64,000 nt of DNA from an uncultured Treponema sp. (GCA_946407195.1 CAMJNC010000002.1:5658-69657), one strand, 5' to 3'. Shown: positions 1-8,623, counted from the first letter of the stretch. Translations and numbers: made by a program. The notes: generated by a model from the sequence alone, not told the origin.

Positions 1-105
1 GAATGTATTTACTGGTCTACAAACGATGATGATGCAATATTCAGAAATCCAGAAAACGGAAAAGTAATTTTTGTAAACGGAAGTTCGCTTATTTTTGAGG
101 AGTAA
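1..105 (+). CDS. 3' end of a hypothetical protein (truncated by window start)
   Basis: Open frame from base 1 (ECIYWSTND...LIFEE*). TAA 103-105 overlaps the ATG of the next gene (TAATG), preceded by GAGGAG. Confidence 0.6.
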   Translation, partial: ECIYWSTNDDDAIFRNPENGKVIFVNGSSLIFEE

Positions 106-362
106 TGATTATGTTTAAAAGAATTAAATATAAAGATTTGGAAGAAATGAATTTCCAAAACATGACAGTTGAAGAACTAAGAAAACTTAAACCTGTTTTA
201 GGACAGCTTTTGACAAAAGAAAACAAAAAGATAAATAAAGCTCTGCAAAAAGGCATGGAAAGTACAGAACTTAAAGCTAAAAAACAGAGTTTATGTGAAA
301 TTGAAAAGAGATGGGACCAGGCACTGGTAATAAAATTATATGAAGGAGAAAAGTCATGTTGA
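105..362 (+). CDS. Small basic hypothetical protein
   Basis: 85-aa ORF with GAGGAG RBS, overlapping both neighbours. Confidence 0.7.
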   Translation: MIMFKRIKYKDLEEMNFQNMTVEELRKLKPVLGQLLTKENKKINKALQKGMESTELKAKKQSLCEIEKRWDQALVIKLYEGEKSC

Positions 363-1255
363 GTGAAAAACAAAAATCTTTAATCCGCGCTATCTGTTTT
401 GATAATTTTTACATAAAACAGTATGCACTTGAAGTTCTTAATGAAGACAAATCCAAGAAGAACGAAAGATTTGTAAAGGAAATGACTGAAAAACTTCATG
501 AGCTGCAGGTAAAGCTTCCGGCAAATATTGAAGGAAAAGTTTACATGTATAGACCGGAAGAATTCAATGCAAAACTTTATTTTCATGATGGTCTGGGAAA
601 CACTGAATGGATAGACAGTGTATATAAGACTATTCATTCTTCAAGAAAGGCTGCAGAAGCATTTACAGAAATGGGAATTAAAAATCCTGTTACCCTACTC
701 TTATATGGAAAACCTGGAACAGGCAAAACAGAATTTGTCCGTTATGCAGCTCATGAACTTGGTCTTCCAATTTTTGTACTCAATTTCAGTCAGATGATTG
801 ATTCACATCTTGGAGAAACTTCAAAAAATATAAATCTTATTTTCAATTACATAAAAAACAATGAATGTATCCTTTTTCTTGATGAACTGGATTGTATAGC
901 CGGAAACAGACAGACTGCAACAGGAGCTGAAAAAGAACTCAGCAGAATCTCTATTACGCTGATGCAGGAAATAGACAGATTACCTAATAATGTAATTGTC
1001 ATTGCTGCCACAAATATGCCTTCTAATATTGATACTGCCCTGCTTGAACGATTCTCATTTGTAAAGGAAGTAAAGGAACTTACTTATGAAGACAACCTGC
1101 GTTTCGTTGAGTTTTATCTTAATGAATCAGGAGCAATAAAATACTTTGATGAAAAGAAGGACAGAGAATTTATAAATGTAGCAGAGATTAAAAATCAGCG
1201 GGAACTGATTCATAAATTAAATCAGATTATCAGCTTAAAAATAGTCAATGAATAA
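356..1255 (+). CDS. AAA+ ATPase
   Basis: Walker A GKPGTGKT, Walker B LFLDELD, sensor/SRH AATN...LLERF; AAGGAG RBS. Confidence 0.92.
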   Translation: MLSEKQKSLIRAICFDNFYIKQYALEVLNEDKSKKNERFVKEMTEKLHELQVKLPANIEGKVYMYRPEEFNAKLYFHDGLGNTEWIDSVYKTIHSSRKAAEAFTEMGIKNPVTLLLYGKPGTGKTEFVRYAAHELGLPIFVLNFSQMIDSHLGETSKNINLIFNYIKNNECILFLDELDCIAGNRQTATGAEKELSRISITLMQEIDRLPNNVIVIAATNMPSNIDTALLERFSFVKEVKELTYEDNLRFVEFYLNESGAIKYFDEKKDREFINVAEIKNQRELIHKLNQIISLKIVNE

Positions 1256-1308
1256 TTAAACATAAAGGAGGATTAAGCTTCAAAAATAATTAAGAGGTAA
1301 TAAAATAT

Positions 1309-2067
1309 ATGAATAAAACAAACATTGCCTGGACCGACATGACATGGAATCCAGTAACCGGATGCACAAAATGTTCTACCGGATGCCAGAATTGTTATGC
1401 TGAAAAAATGGCTTACCGACTCAATAAAATGAACTGCCTCAAATATATTAATGGATTTAATGTTACATTACATCCAGAAGCTCTTGAAGAACCATCAAAA
1501 ACACCAGGAAAGCATAAGATTTTTGTATGTTCAATGAGTGACCTTTTTCATAAAGATGTTCCATTTGATTTTATAAATAAAGTCATGGAGCAGATTAAAA
1601 AATGTCCGGAACATACATTTATAATTTTAACAAAACGCGATGAAAGAATGGCTGAATATTTTGAAAAGAACGAAGTTCCTATAAATGCCTGGATTGGTAT
1701 AACTGTCGAATGTAAGGAAGCAAAAAAAAAGATTGAAAATATAAGAAAGATAAAATCCGGATCTGTAAAATTTCTTTCATGCGAACCGCTTGTTGAAGAC
1801 CTTGAAAAAATTAATCTGGATGGAATTGACTGGCTAATCGCGGGTGGTGAAAGCGGAAGCCAGGCAAGACCGATGAAACCTCAATGGCTGAAAAATCTGA
1901 AAGATGAATGTGAAAAACAAAATGTTCCATTTTTCTTTAAGCAATGGGGAACCTGGGGTGAAGATGGAAAACGCCGCAGTAAGGAAAAAAACGGATGTAA
2001 ACTTGAAGGAAAAATAATACAGCAATGGCCTGAAAAGAAGTCAGAGGTAAAAAATGAAAATATGTAA
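1309..2067 (+). CDS. DUF5131 (phage Gp37/Gp68-like, radical-SAM-related) protein
   Basis: IAWTDMTWNPVTGCTKCSTGCQNCYA, IFVCSMSDLFH, SCEPL, GGESG and PFFFKQWG motifs typical of the family. Confidence 0.92.
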   Translation: MNKTNIAWTDMTWNPVTGCTKCSTGCQNCYAEKMAYRLNKMNCLKYINGFNVTLHPEALEEPSKTPGKHKIFVCSMSDLFHKDVPFDFINKVMEQIKKCPEHTFIILTKRDERMAEYFEKNEVPINAWIGITVECKEAKKKIENIRKIKSGSVKFLSCEPLVEDLEKINLDGIDWLIAGGESGSQARPMKPQWLKNLKDECEKQNVPFFFKQWGTWGEDGKRRSKEKNGCKLEGKIIQQWPEKKSEVKNENM

Positions 2068-2233
2068 ATATTGTGTTTTTTTGAATGCTCCAACAGAGAA
2101 AAGCAATTCAATCTGTTCAATCCTGAAAATTAAGCATCCTTATGAACCGGGCTTATACTTACGTAATCCGAGGCAGGATGCCTGCAGTCAGTTTAAAGAA
2201 AGATTAATAAAAGAAAATAAAGGGGAAATATAA
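2054..2233 (+). CDS. Small Cys-rich (putative Zn-binding) protein, 59 aa, missing from the ORF track
   Basis: GAGGT RBS, MKICKYC...SICS...DACSQF...GEI*. Fills the gap exactly; stop is 1 nt before the next ATG. Confidence 0.65.
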   Translation: MKICKYCVFLNAPTEKSNSICSILKIKHPYEPGLYLRNPRQDACSQFKERLIKENKGEI

Positions 2234-2234
2234 A

Positions 2235-3197
2235 ATGAGAAAAAAAAATAACGTAAGATATTCAAAATGCATGACTCAATTTTTGCGAGAATTTAATGAA
2301 TTTTCTAAATATTCAGAAGATTTCAAGAATTATAAATTTGAAGCTCGATTAATGGCCTATAAAATGCAAATGGCAAGAGGAATGCAAAATTATATGATTG
2401 ATAATAGCGAAGATAATTTAGATTCCAGAAGCTTGCTTAGTGCCTCTCTTATAGCTGATGCAATTGGTTCTTTGATAGATGCAGATGTAAAAGGATATGG
2501 TCAACATATTTTTATAAAAGACAGAGTTTTATATAATGCATTACAAAATATAAAAGTAAAGGATGTCGAAGGCATAAAGCAATATATGAAAGACTTTGCT
2601 GAAGACTTTTTTTTCACTCATCAAAAATTTGATGAAAATAATAATTTAATAAGTTGTGAAGATTTAAGTCAGAAATGTCTTTTTTATTTTATTCATTTCC
2701 CAATTGAAACTAATGATGAAGAAGGTCTTTCTGTAAGACTAAGATTAGATAAAGAAGAATTAATTTGTGATTATGTAAAAGGATGTAACTGTGCTAGTTT
2801 TTCTTCAGAAAGTAAATATCTTAAAAATCCTATCTGGGAATCAGATAAAATGGACCAGAAGCTCTGGCAATTGTTTTTGAATGTGTTTTTTTATATGAAA
2901 GCTTATCCGTCTTGTGTTTCAGACGGTGTACCACATGGATTCAGATTTGAGTATCCTTCAATTGCTAAAAAAGTAAAACTTGATATAAATAATGCCATTG
3001 TAGAAAAGGTAAATGTAAATCAAGGTTCAAATGCAACACATCTAGTTACACCTCATTTCAGAAAAGGACATTTCAGATACCTGGGAAGCGATTATTTTAA
3101 AAATAAAAAAGGCCAGTTTGTTTTTATCGAAGAAACTATGGTAAGAGCACAGAATGCAAAAACTTTAAATACATTAGAGGTTGTAAAATCAAAATGA
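2235..3197 (+). CDS. Hypothetical phage-type protein with C-terminal PHxRxGHxR motif
   Basis: 320-aa ORF; VTPHFRKGHFR near the C-terminus. Confidence 0.75.
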   Translation: MRKKNNVRYSKCMTQFLREFNEFSKYSEDFKNYKFEARLMAYKMQMARGMQNYMIDNSEDNLDSRSLLSASLIADAIGSLIDADVKGYGQHIFIKDRVLYNALQNIKVKDVEGIKQYMKDFAEDFFFTHQKFDENNNLISCEDLSQKCLFYFIHFPIETNDEEGLSVRLRLDKEELICDYVKGCNCASFSSESKYLKNPIWESDKMDQKLWQLFLNVFFYMKAYPSCVSDGVPHGFRFEYPSIAKKVKLDINNAIVEKVNVNQGSNATHLVTPHFRKGHFRYLGSDYFKNKKGQFVFIEETMVRAQNAKTLNTLEVVKSK

Positions 3198-3718
3198 GTT
3201 ACTGTAGATTTTGTGGAACTGAAATTGCATACAAGCGGACGAAAAATTACAAGTGGATGCCGTGCAATCTTCTGACAGGTGAACCTCATTTCTGCCAGGA
3301 AGGAAAAGACAAATCCAGTTCCAGCAGTGGATTAATTCCGTGTCCTATATGCGGCAAAGCAACGTTTTCAGGTAAGGAAGGAATAATGGACTGTGATACT
3401 CTGACAGTCCATAAATGTAAAAATGGAGATATTACAAGGTACAATAATTTTCTTGAAAGACAGAAAAAACTTGCAGCTGCAAGAAAAGAAAAAGTTATTA
3501 AGCAGGATAAAGTACAAAAAAAAAGGAAAACTGTAAAAACAGGACAGACAAAAACGTCTGGAAAGAAGAAAACCTCGGTAAAGTCAAAGTCTGATACTGA
3601 AGTTTTTTTTAATCTTAATCTTTCACCAAAAGAAATAAAGCATACAGTAGTAGAAATGCCTGCAGGAATCGGAATGTCTTCATACCTTCAAAAACTATGG
3701 AAGGAAGGTAAACTATGA
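3194..3718 (+). CDS. Zn-finger-containing basic hypothetical protein
   Basis: CRFC...HFC and CPIC...HKC motifs, Lys-rich tail, ATGA overlap with upstream gene. Confidence 0.75.
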   Translation: MSYCRFCGTEIAYKRTKNYKWMPCNLLTGEPHFCQEGKDKSSSSSGLIPCPICGKATFSGKEGIMDCDTLTVHKCKNGDITRYNNFLERQKKLAAARKEKVIKQDKVQKKRKTVKTGQTKTSGKKKTSVKSKSDTEVFFNLNLSPKEIKHTVVEMPAGIGMSSYLQKLWKEGKL

Positions 3719-4008
3719 ACTACAGTATAAAAACAGAAAAAACACTGCTACTTTTCAGTATTTCAAAAGATAACAGTCATCCGGATCTCTATAAAGGCTG
3801 GTTTATGTACTCATCAGACTGCGGGCAGTATTTGAGTACGGATATAAACGGAAAGAACGAAACTTCTGTCATGGAACGCATGTTTTATCAGGCAATAAGG
3901 GAAATAAAAAAATGCTATGGCGAAGAAATAGAAGAGCTTGCAAGTACTTGTCTGAAAAAATTCTATGATTCAAAACAACAAAAACTTAATTTGGAGTATA
4001 AAAAATAA
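3715..4008 (+). CDS. Hypothetical protein
   Basis: 97-aa ORF, ATGA overlap. Confidence 0.7.
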   Translation: MNYSIKTEKTLLLFSISKDNSHPDLYKGWFMYSSDCGQYLSTDINGKNETSVMERMFYQAIREIKKCYGEEIEELASTCLKKFYDSKQQKLNLEYKK

Positions 4009-4169
4009 TGGATAAAAAAATAAATTACAAACTCATGTATAATGACGGAAATGTAAGCTTCGAGATTGCCGGATTTCCAGATAAGGATTCCGCGGAAAAA
4101 AAAAGAGAAACTATAGCATTTGAAACTCAGGAATATAGTTATGAAGAACTGAAAGTTGTCGAGGTATAG
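4008..4169 (+). CDS. Small hypothetical protein, 53 aa, missing from the ORF track
   Basis: TAATG coupling, GGAG RBS, MDKKINYKLMYNDG...LKVVEV*. Confidence 0.6.
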   Translation: MDKKINYKLMYNDGNVSFEIAGFPDKDSAEKKRETIAFETQEYSYEELKVVEV

Positions 4170-4177
4170 TATAAGAT

Positions 4178-5683
4178 ATGTTTTATTACAAACAAATGAA
4201 AGATAAATATAGAGAAGTTAAAATAGGTCCAGCTGGAAACTTCTTAAAATATGTCAAAAAACACAGCTGCTATAAAGCTGCAGAAAAACTCCTTTTAACT
4301 CTTGCTGAGAAAAATATGGAATGTGCCGTTGAAACCTATTTAACGTCCAGGGAATTTTATTTTGAGGAAATTGACTTATCGGAAGAAGAAAAAAGAGCTG
4401 CCCGCATTCTGGGAAAGAATAAAACTGTATTAATTGAAAAAAATCCAATAATAATTTCACTAAAATTTATTTTCAAAAGCATTGACCGTAAGGAAGATTC
4501 ACTTGAATTTTGTATAAGACAATACAGATACATCGGATATAATGAAAATTATGCAGCTTATGATAACGAAACAGGATGGACAAAACAATCAAAACAGAAT
4601 GATTATAAACTGACATATAAATCACCGGAAAAAATATTCTTTCAGCATGGAGATGCAAAATCATTTCCGGCATCAATAACTTCATTGTGTGCTTTGTGTA
4701 CTTTATGTACAAAGATTAGCGATATTGAATATGCAGAACTATTTATAACTGGAATGCTTGAATATCTGTGTGAGATTACCGGTTCTAAAATATACAATGA
4801 TTTGATGAGAGAAGGATTAACAGACAGCTGCCCTGTAAAGCTGTCTGAGCTGAAAGATTACAAAACAAAAAAAGAACTTTTTTACGGAAAATACGGAAGG
4901 TACCTTAATAAATATTTCATTCCGAAAAACACATTAAATAAGAATTCATTCCACTTTGATTACCGGATAATAAACTTTGTAAAATACATGGGTGGAGATT
5001 TCATTCCAGAATTGATTCAGATGAATATGTCTATAGATGTGGTAATGACACCTCATGAAATAGGCAAGAAAATTGCAGTTGCAATGTTCGCTGAAATTCT
5101 TAGGAGAAAATATCCGTCTGCATCAGTAATTTGCAACGATATTAGGAAAATGATGGAGCAGCTTTCTTATAATTCATTGAAACAATTCAGAAAGCATCTT
5201 CCGTCAAGAAGCATACTTGAAGGAAGAAAAAAACTTATGGAATACCATGATTCTCTTGTTAACGTGTTTGAGCAGTTATATGAGGATGATGTCTTCGATG
5301 AGTTAGAAATAGAACATAGAAAGACACAGGAACAGATAAAGCAAGATAGAAAAGTTTATGAATGTTTTGCAGAAACATTACCTTCTCCGTGGAAGGAATT
5401 TACTGAGCCTGAAGAACTTGTACATGAATCACATATCATGGAAAACTGCATCAGGACATACTGCCAGGACTTAACTGCTGCGGAATGCGGCCTTTACTGG
5501 GCCGAAATAAATGGGAAAAGATACAATGCAGAAGTGATTTTCAATAAAAAAGAAAATAGAATGAATCTTATTCAGCTATATGGAAAGAAAAACTGTATTC
5601 CAGTAAAAAAAGATGTAAAGTCTTTTATCCAATATATTGAAATATTCAATGAAAAAATACAAAAAGAAAAAGCTGTCTTGTAA
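4178..5683 (+). CDS. PcfJ-like domain protein
   Basis: C-terminal YHDSL...ELVHESHIMENCIRTY...QLYGKKN resembles the PcfJ signature (ExxxMxHCVxxY). Confidence 0.7.
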   Translation: MFYYKQMKDKYREVKIGPAGNFLKYVKKHSCYKAAEKLLLTLAEKNMECAVETYLTSREFYFEEIDLSEEEKRAARILGKNKTVLIEKNPIIISLKFIFKSIDRKEDSLEFCIRQYRYIGYNENYAAYDNETGWTKQSKQNDYKLTYKSPEKIFFQHGDAKSFPASITSLCALCTLCTKISDIEYAELFITGMLEYLCEITGSKIYNDLMREGLTDSCPVKLSELKDYKTKKELFYGKYGRYLNKYFIPKNTLNKNSFHFDYRIINFVKYMGGDFIPELIQMNMSIDVVMTPHEIGKKIAVAMFAEILRRKYPSASVICNDIRKMMEQLSYNSLKQFRKHLPSRSILEGRKKLMEYHDSLVNVFEQLYEDDVFDELEIEHRKTQEQIKQDRKVYECFAETLPSPWKEFTEPEELVHESHIMENCIRTYCQDLTAAECGLYWAEINGKRYNAEVIFNKKENRMNLIQLYGKKNCIPVKKDVKSFIQYIEIFNEKIQKEKAVL

Positions 5684-5802
5684 AATGTAGTAATTTTATT
5701 ACACTCTTAGAAAGACTATTTGACCTTTTATTTTTCTTTACTGTGGAATCAAAAGTGTTACCAACTCAAATAAGTATAAAAATGTATGAAACCATGCGAT
5801 AC

Positions 5803-5899
5803 TTCTACACAAGTAGAAATTATAATTAAGTTACAAACATTCGTTCCAACAGCTCAACGAGAGCTCTACATAAGTAGAAATTATTAGGCTTTATCTATA
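5803..5899 (-). CRISPR. Orphan type V-A (Cas12a)-like mini-array: two ~36-nt repeats with a 25-nt spacer
   Basis: Minus strand reads TATAGATAAAGCCTAATAATTTCTACTTATGTAGAG (5899-5864), spacer CTCTCGTTGAGCTGTTGGAACGAAT, then GTTTGTAACTTAATTATAATTTCTACTTGTGTAGAA (5838-5803). The 3' halves match the Cas12a handle AATTTCTACT-NNN-GTAGA(T). Confidence 0.7.
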
Positions 5900-5927
5900 T
5901 ATTTTGATGCTTTTAATATTTAATAAA

Positions 5928-6914
5928 TTATTCACAACCTCTTTTCCACTTCCAGCCATCAGTAATAATAAGCCTGTGAAGCCATTTCAAATGTTCAAGA
6001 TTTACTTCAAAATAATTCCATTCATAACCTTCCTCCTTTTGTGTAAAATTATGATGGTTTTTATTTATACAATACCATTCATATATAGTTTTTTTTGTTA
6101 CAACAAAAAAAGCATGATGAAATCTCAGTTCAAAATCTTCTGTAAACCATCCTGTATGTCTCCAGTCCTTTTCAATATATCGTTTTTTGTATTCAATACC
6201 ATTAAAACTTATTTTTGGATCTTCTCCAGGAAGATATATAAATATTAAAGAATCAAAACCATTTTCTTTATTTCTCCAAACAGATTCCGGTACATTAAAA
6301 TAAAGATTAAAAAAATGTTTCCAATTAAAATCAGTTTCACCTATCTCATTATTTGCTTTTATAATATTAAAAGACATCATAAGAGCATGAATATTATTAT
6401 TGAAGTAAAAACGAGGAATCTCTGGAGAACATAAATCAATATAATCAAACATATCCCTTATTTGATTAAGACCTTCAGTAGATAAATTTGTTGTTCCTTG
6501 AGAAATATTTTCAATTGGGGTAGATTCATAACATAATTCATCATATGTTTTAAGCCAGTCTTTAAGATTGTCAAAATCTACAAAAAATTTATTTTTATAT
6601 TGTTCTGTAATGTAATCAAAATAATTTTTGCCATCAATAATAAATTTATCTTTATTGTTTTTAAGAATATCAAAGTACTGAAAGAAATATTTATTTACAT
6701 ATATTAAGAATTCTTCTTTTTCCGACAAATCAGTTTTTTTTGCAATTTCATGACATAATTCAGATTCATTAAAATGCTCATAGACTTTATCAAAATAAGA
6801 ACCTGTCAAAATACCAAGCTGCTCCATATCTGCAGCATAAAAATCCTCAATAAAAAAAATGTCATACGTATTAAGAACATCCATTGCCTTTCTTACGTTT
6901 TCTTCAATTTTCAT
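5928..6914 (-). CDS. Hypothetical low-GC protein (328 aa)
   Basis: Long ORF with GGAGG RBS; no recognisable motif. Confidence 0.8.
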   Translation of the reverse strand: MKIEENVRKAMDVLNTYDIFFIEDFYAADMEQLGILTGSYFDKVYEHFNESELCHEIAKKTDLSEKEEFLIYVNKYFFQYFDILKNNKDKFIIDGKNYFDYITEQYKNKFFVDFDNLKDWLKTYDELCYESTPIENISQGTTNLSTEGLNQIRDMFDYIDLCSPEIPRFYFNNNIHALMMSFNIIKANNEIGETDFNWKHFFNLYFNVPESVWRNKENGFDSLIFIYLPGEDPKISFNGIEYKKRYIEKDWRHTGWFTEDFELRFHHAFFVVTKKTIYEWYCINKNHHNFTQKEEGYEWNYFEVNLEHLKWLHRLIITDGWKWKRGCE

Positions 6915-6997
6915 ATAAAAACCTCCAAAAAATTATAAATATTTATAAAACAAAATGCGTACATTGGTAGCTATATACTCTATACACAAGCAAGAAT

Positions 6998-7053
6998 ATT
7001 ATCTGCGATTTTTTTTGCCTGTAATAATATGTTATATATAACGCAAAGACACT
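6998..7053 (-). promoter_or_regulatory. Putative promoter with upstream AGTGTC box
   Basis: Box AGTGTCTTTGCGTTAT (7053-7038), weak -35 ATTACA, 16 nt, -10 GATAAT (7003-6998). Confidence 0.5.
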
Positions 7054-7054
7054 G

Positions 7055-7432
7055 TTATTTAAAATTTAAAGATATTCCATCAAAATACATGGAAGTTTCA
7101 CATCCGTTTACAAGTTCTACAGAGCTGAAAAGACCTGTCCTGTATTCCATAGGAAGTACATCAAAGCCGTAGACACGGATCTTGAAATCATAAGAACCTT
7201 CATCCATATAGAATGTTGCATATTTGGGATGAAAATCTTCATCACTTTCATCCCATACAAGCTTCCAGCCAAGTAAGGTTCCAGAATCTTTGTACCAGAC
7301 TTTATCAATGTAACAGTATTCATTACACTGGTTTTCGATAACTACCTTTGCCTTGTCATCAGGAATCTGCTTACATGAATTAAAAAGAAGAACTCCAAAC
7401 GCAAATAAAATAATAAATGAGAATTTACGCAT
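7055..7432 (-). CDS. Small spirochetal lipoprotein
   Basis: Start corrected to ATG 7432 (GGAGG RBS); MRKFSFIILFAFGVLLFNS-C signal peptide and lipobox. Confidence 0.8.
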   Translation of the reverse strand: MRKFSFIILFAFGVLLFNSCKQIPDDKAKVVIENQCNEYCYIDKVWYKDSGTLLGWKLVWDESDEDFHPKYATFYMDEGSYDFKIRVYGFDVLPMEYRTGLFSSVELVNGCETSMYFDGISLNFK

Positions 7433-7862
7433 TTCTAGCCTCCTCTGTTTCAATTTTCATCTGTGTCCAGAAACTTTCAATTTCTTCAGCAAGAGTAAAC
7501 TGCTGAAGTACAGAAAGCGAACGAAGTTTACCTTCCAGCTGCGTTCTTGAAACTTTCATCTGTTCAAATTCAACGTCATAGGCATCCTGAACACAGTGAA
7601 GTACTCCGTCTCGCATATTACTGGCAGGCTTCCATTCGATACCGGCACAGACTGCCTTCATAAGCTCCCATTCGTTCTCATTGAAAAGTGCAATAAGTTT
7701 TGAACGTTCTGTAGAAGTCAGATGGTAATACCGGTCCGCAATAACAGAAACTGCATCACTTGCACCACGTGAGCCATAAGGAATAACCCCCAGTTTACGT
7801 CTGAGTTCGTCAGAAAGATATACCGAAGTCTTCGCTCCAGGAAGTTTTTTTTCTTTACTCAT
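7425..7862 (-). CDS. Putative ribbon-helix-helix-like DNA-binding protein
   Basis: Start ATG 7862 (AGGAG RBS); N-terminal KTSVYLSDELRRKL is an RHH-like strand-helix pattern. Confidence 0.6.
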   Translation of the reverse strand: MSKEKKLPGAKTSVYLSDELRRKLGVIPYGSRGASDAVSVIADRYYHLTSTERSKLIALFNENEWELMKAVCAGIEWKPASNMRDGVLHCVQDAYDVEFEQMKVSRTQLEGKLRSLSVLQQFTLAEEIESFWTQMKIETEEARNA

Positions 7863-7885
7863 AAGAACATCTTCTCCTAAATAAA

Positions 7886-7930
7886 AGTGTCTATGTGTTA
7901 TAATATACCGCAATAGCGGTATAAAAGCAA
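7886..7930 (-). promoter_or_regulatory. sigma70-like promoter with palindromic operator and reversed AGTGTC box
   Basis: TTGCTT-N17-TATATT; perfect IR TATACCGC-AATA-GCGGTATA (7904-7923); AGTGTCTATGTGTTAT on + strand at 7886-7901. Confidence 0.6.
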
Positions 7931-7974
7931 GAAAAAAATATTAAAAAGAAAAAAATGCTGGAAGATAAAGTTAC

Positions 7975-8060
7975 TAATCAATGGCCGGCTTGGAGAAAGC
8001 TATTCTCTACATAAGTAGGAATTAATAATTTAATTATAAATGTTAAACTGCATGGTGCAA
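7975..8060 (-). ncRNA. Solitary Cas12a-like repeat unit (crRNA mimic candidate) with its own promoter
   Basis: TTGCAC-N16-TATAAT (8060-8033), then 9 nt later AATTCCTACTTATGTAGA (8023-8006) and a spacer-like GAATAGCTTTCTCCAAGCCGGCCATTG. The 3' end is approximate. Confidence 0.55.
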
Positions 8061-8066
8061 TTAGAA

Positions 8067-8612
8067 TTAACTAATTTTATAATTTCCCTGAATAAAATTA
8101 ATAAGATTTTTGCCACTTATAATTTTGATACATGGGTATAACTTCTGGATATTCTGAACACCCTGCCCGGTTTTACCTGTATGTATAAAAAAACCGCAAG
8201 TATGACGATTTATACAAACTTCATTGAACTTTTGTATATGCTCGTTATTTATGTAATTGGAGTATCTCTTATCCTGGATCAGCCAGACCTGTCCATTGAT
8301 TTTAACCTTACCGTCAATTCCTCCATCGCCGGTATATCTTTTGTTATAATAAACTTTATAACCAAGTTTTTTGAAGGAATACAGAATAAGTTCTTCGAAA
8401 ACAAAAGGGTCAATTTTTCTCAGATATGAAAGCATCCACATTTCATTATTATTTGTAATTTTACCAAGTTTTTTATAAATCTTTTTTGCCTGATGTCTCT
8501 TAAACTTGTGGCGAAAATTGTCCCAGTTCCGGCAGCTGAAAGCTGAAATAGCAAGAGAAATGAGACAAATACTTGCAATAAATCTATATTCGATTTCAGG
8601 ATTAATAATCAT
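8067..8612 (-). CDS. Membrane-anchored Mrr-family (PD-(D/E)xK) endonuclease
   Basis: N-terminal hydrophobic helix; IDPFVFEELI, GDGGIDG and IQDKRY Mrr_cat motifs. Confidence 0.85.
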   Translation of the reverse strand: MIINPEIEYRFIASICLISLAISAFSCRNWDNFRHKFKRHQAKKIYKKLGKITNNNEMWMLSYLRKIDPFVFEELILYSFKKLGYKVYYNKRYTGDGGIDGKVKINGQVWLIQDKRYSNYINNEHIQKFNEVCINRHTCGFFIHTGKTGQGVQNIQKLYPCIKIISGKNLINFIQGNYKIS

Positions 8613-8623
8613 GCAGTTGCCTC

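Noticed and set aside
2134-2181. GCATCCT...AGGATGC inverted repeat suggesting an ncRNA or riboswitch
   Set aside because: Lies inside a well-fitting 59-aa ORF; no recognisable riboswitch consensus.
5928-6914. Idea that this gene is a miniature Cas12/TnpB effector for the mini-array
   Set aside because: No RuvC-like D/E/D motifs or Zn ribbon, and the protein is acidic rather than basic.
6978-7000. Possible fourth, degenerate Cas12a-like handle (minus strand AATATTCTTGCTTGTGTATAGAG)
   Set aside because: The TCTAC/GTAGA stem is destroyed and it overlaps a predicted -10; may be chance or a decayed copy.
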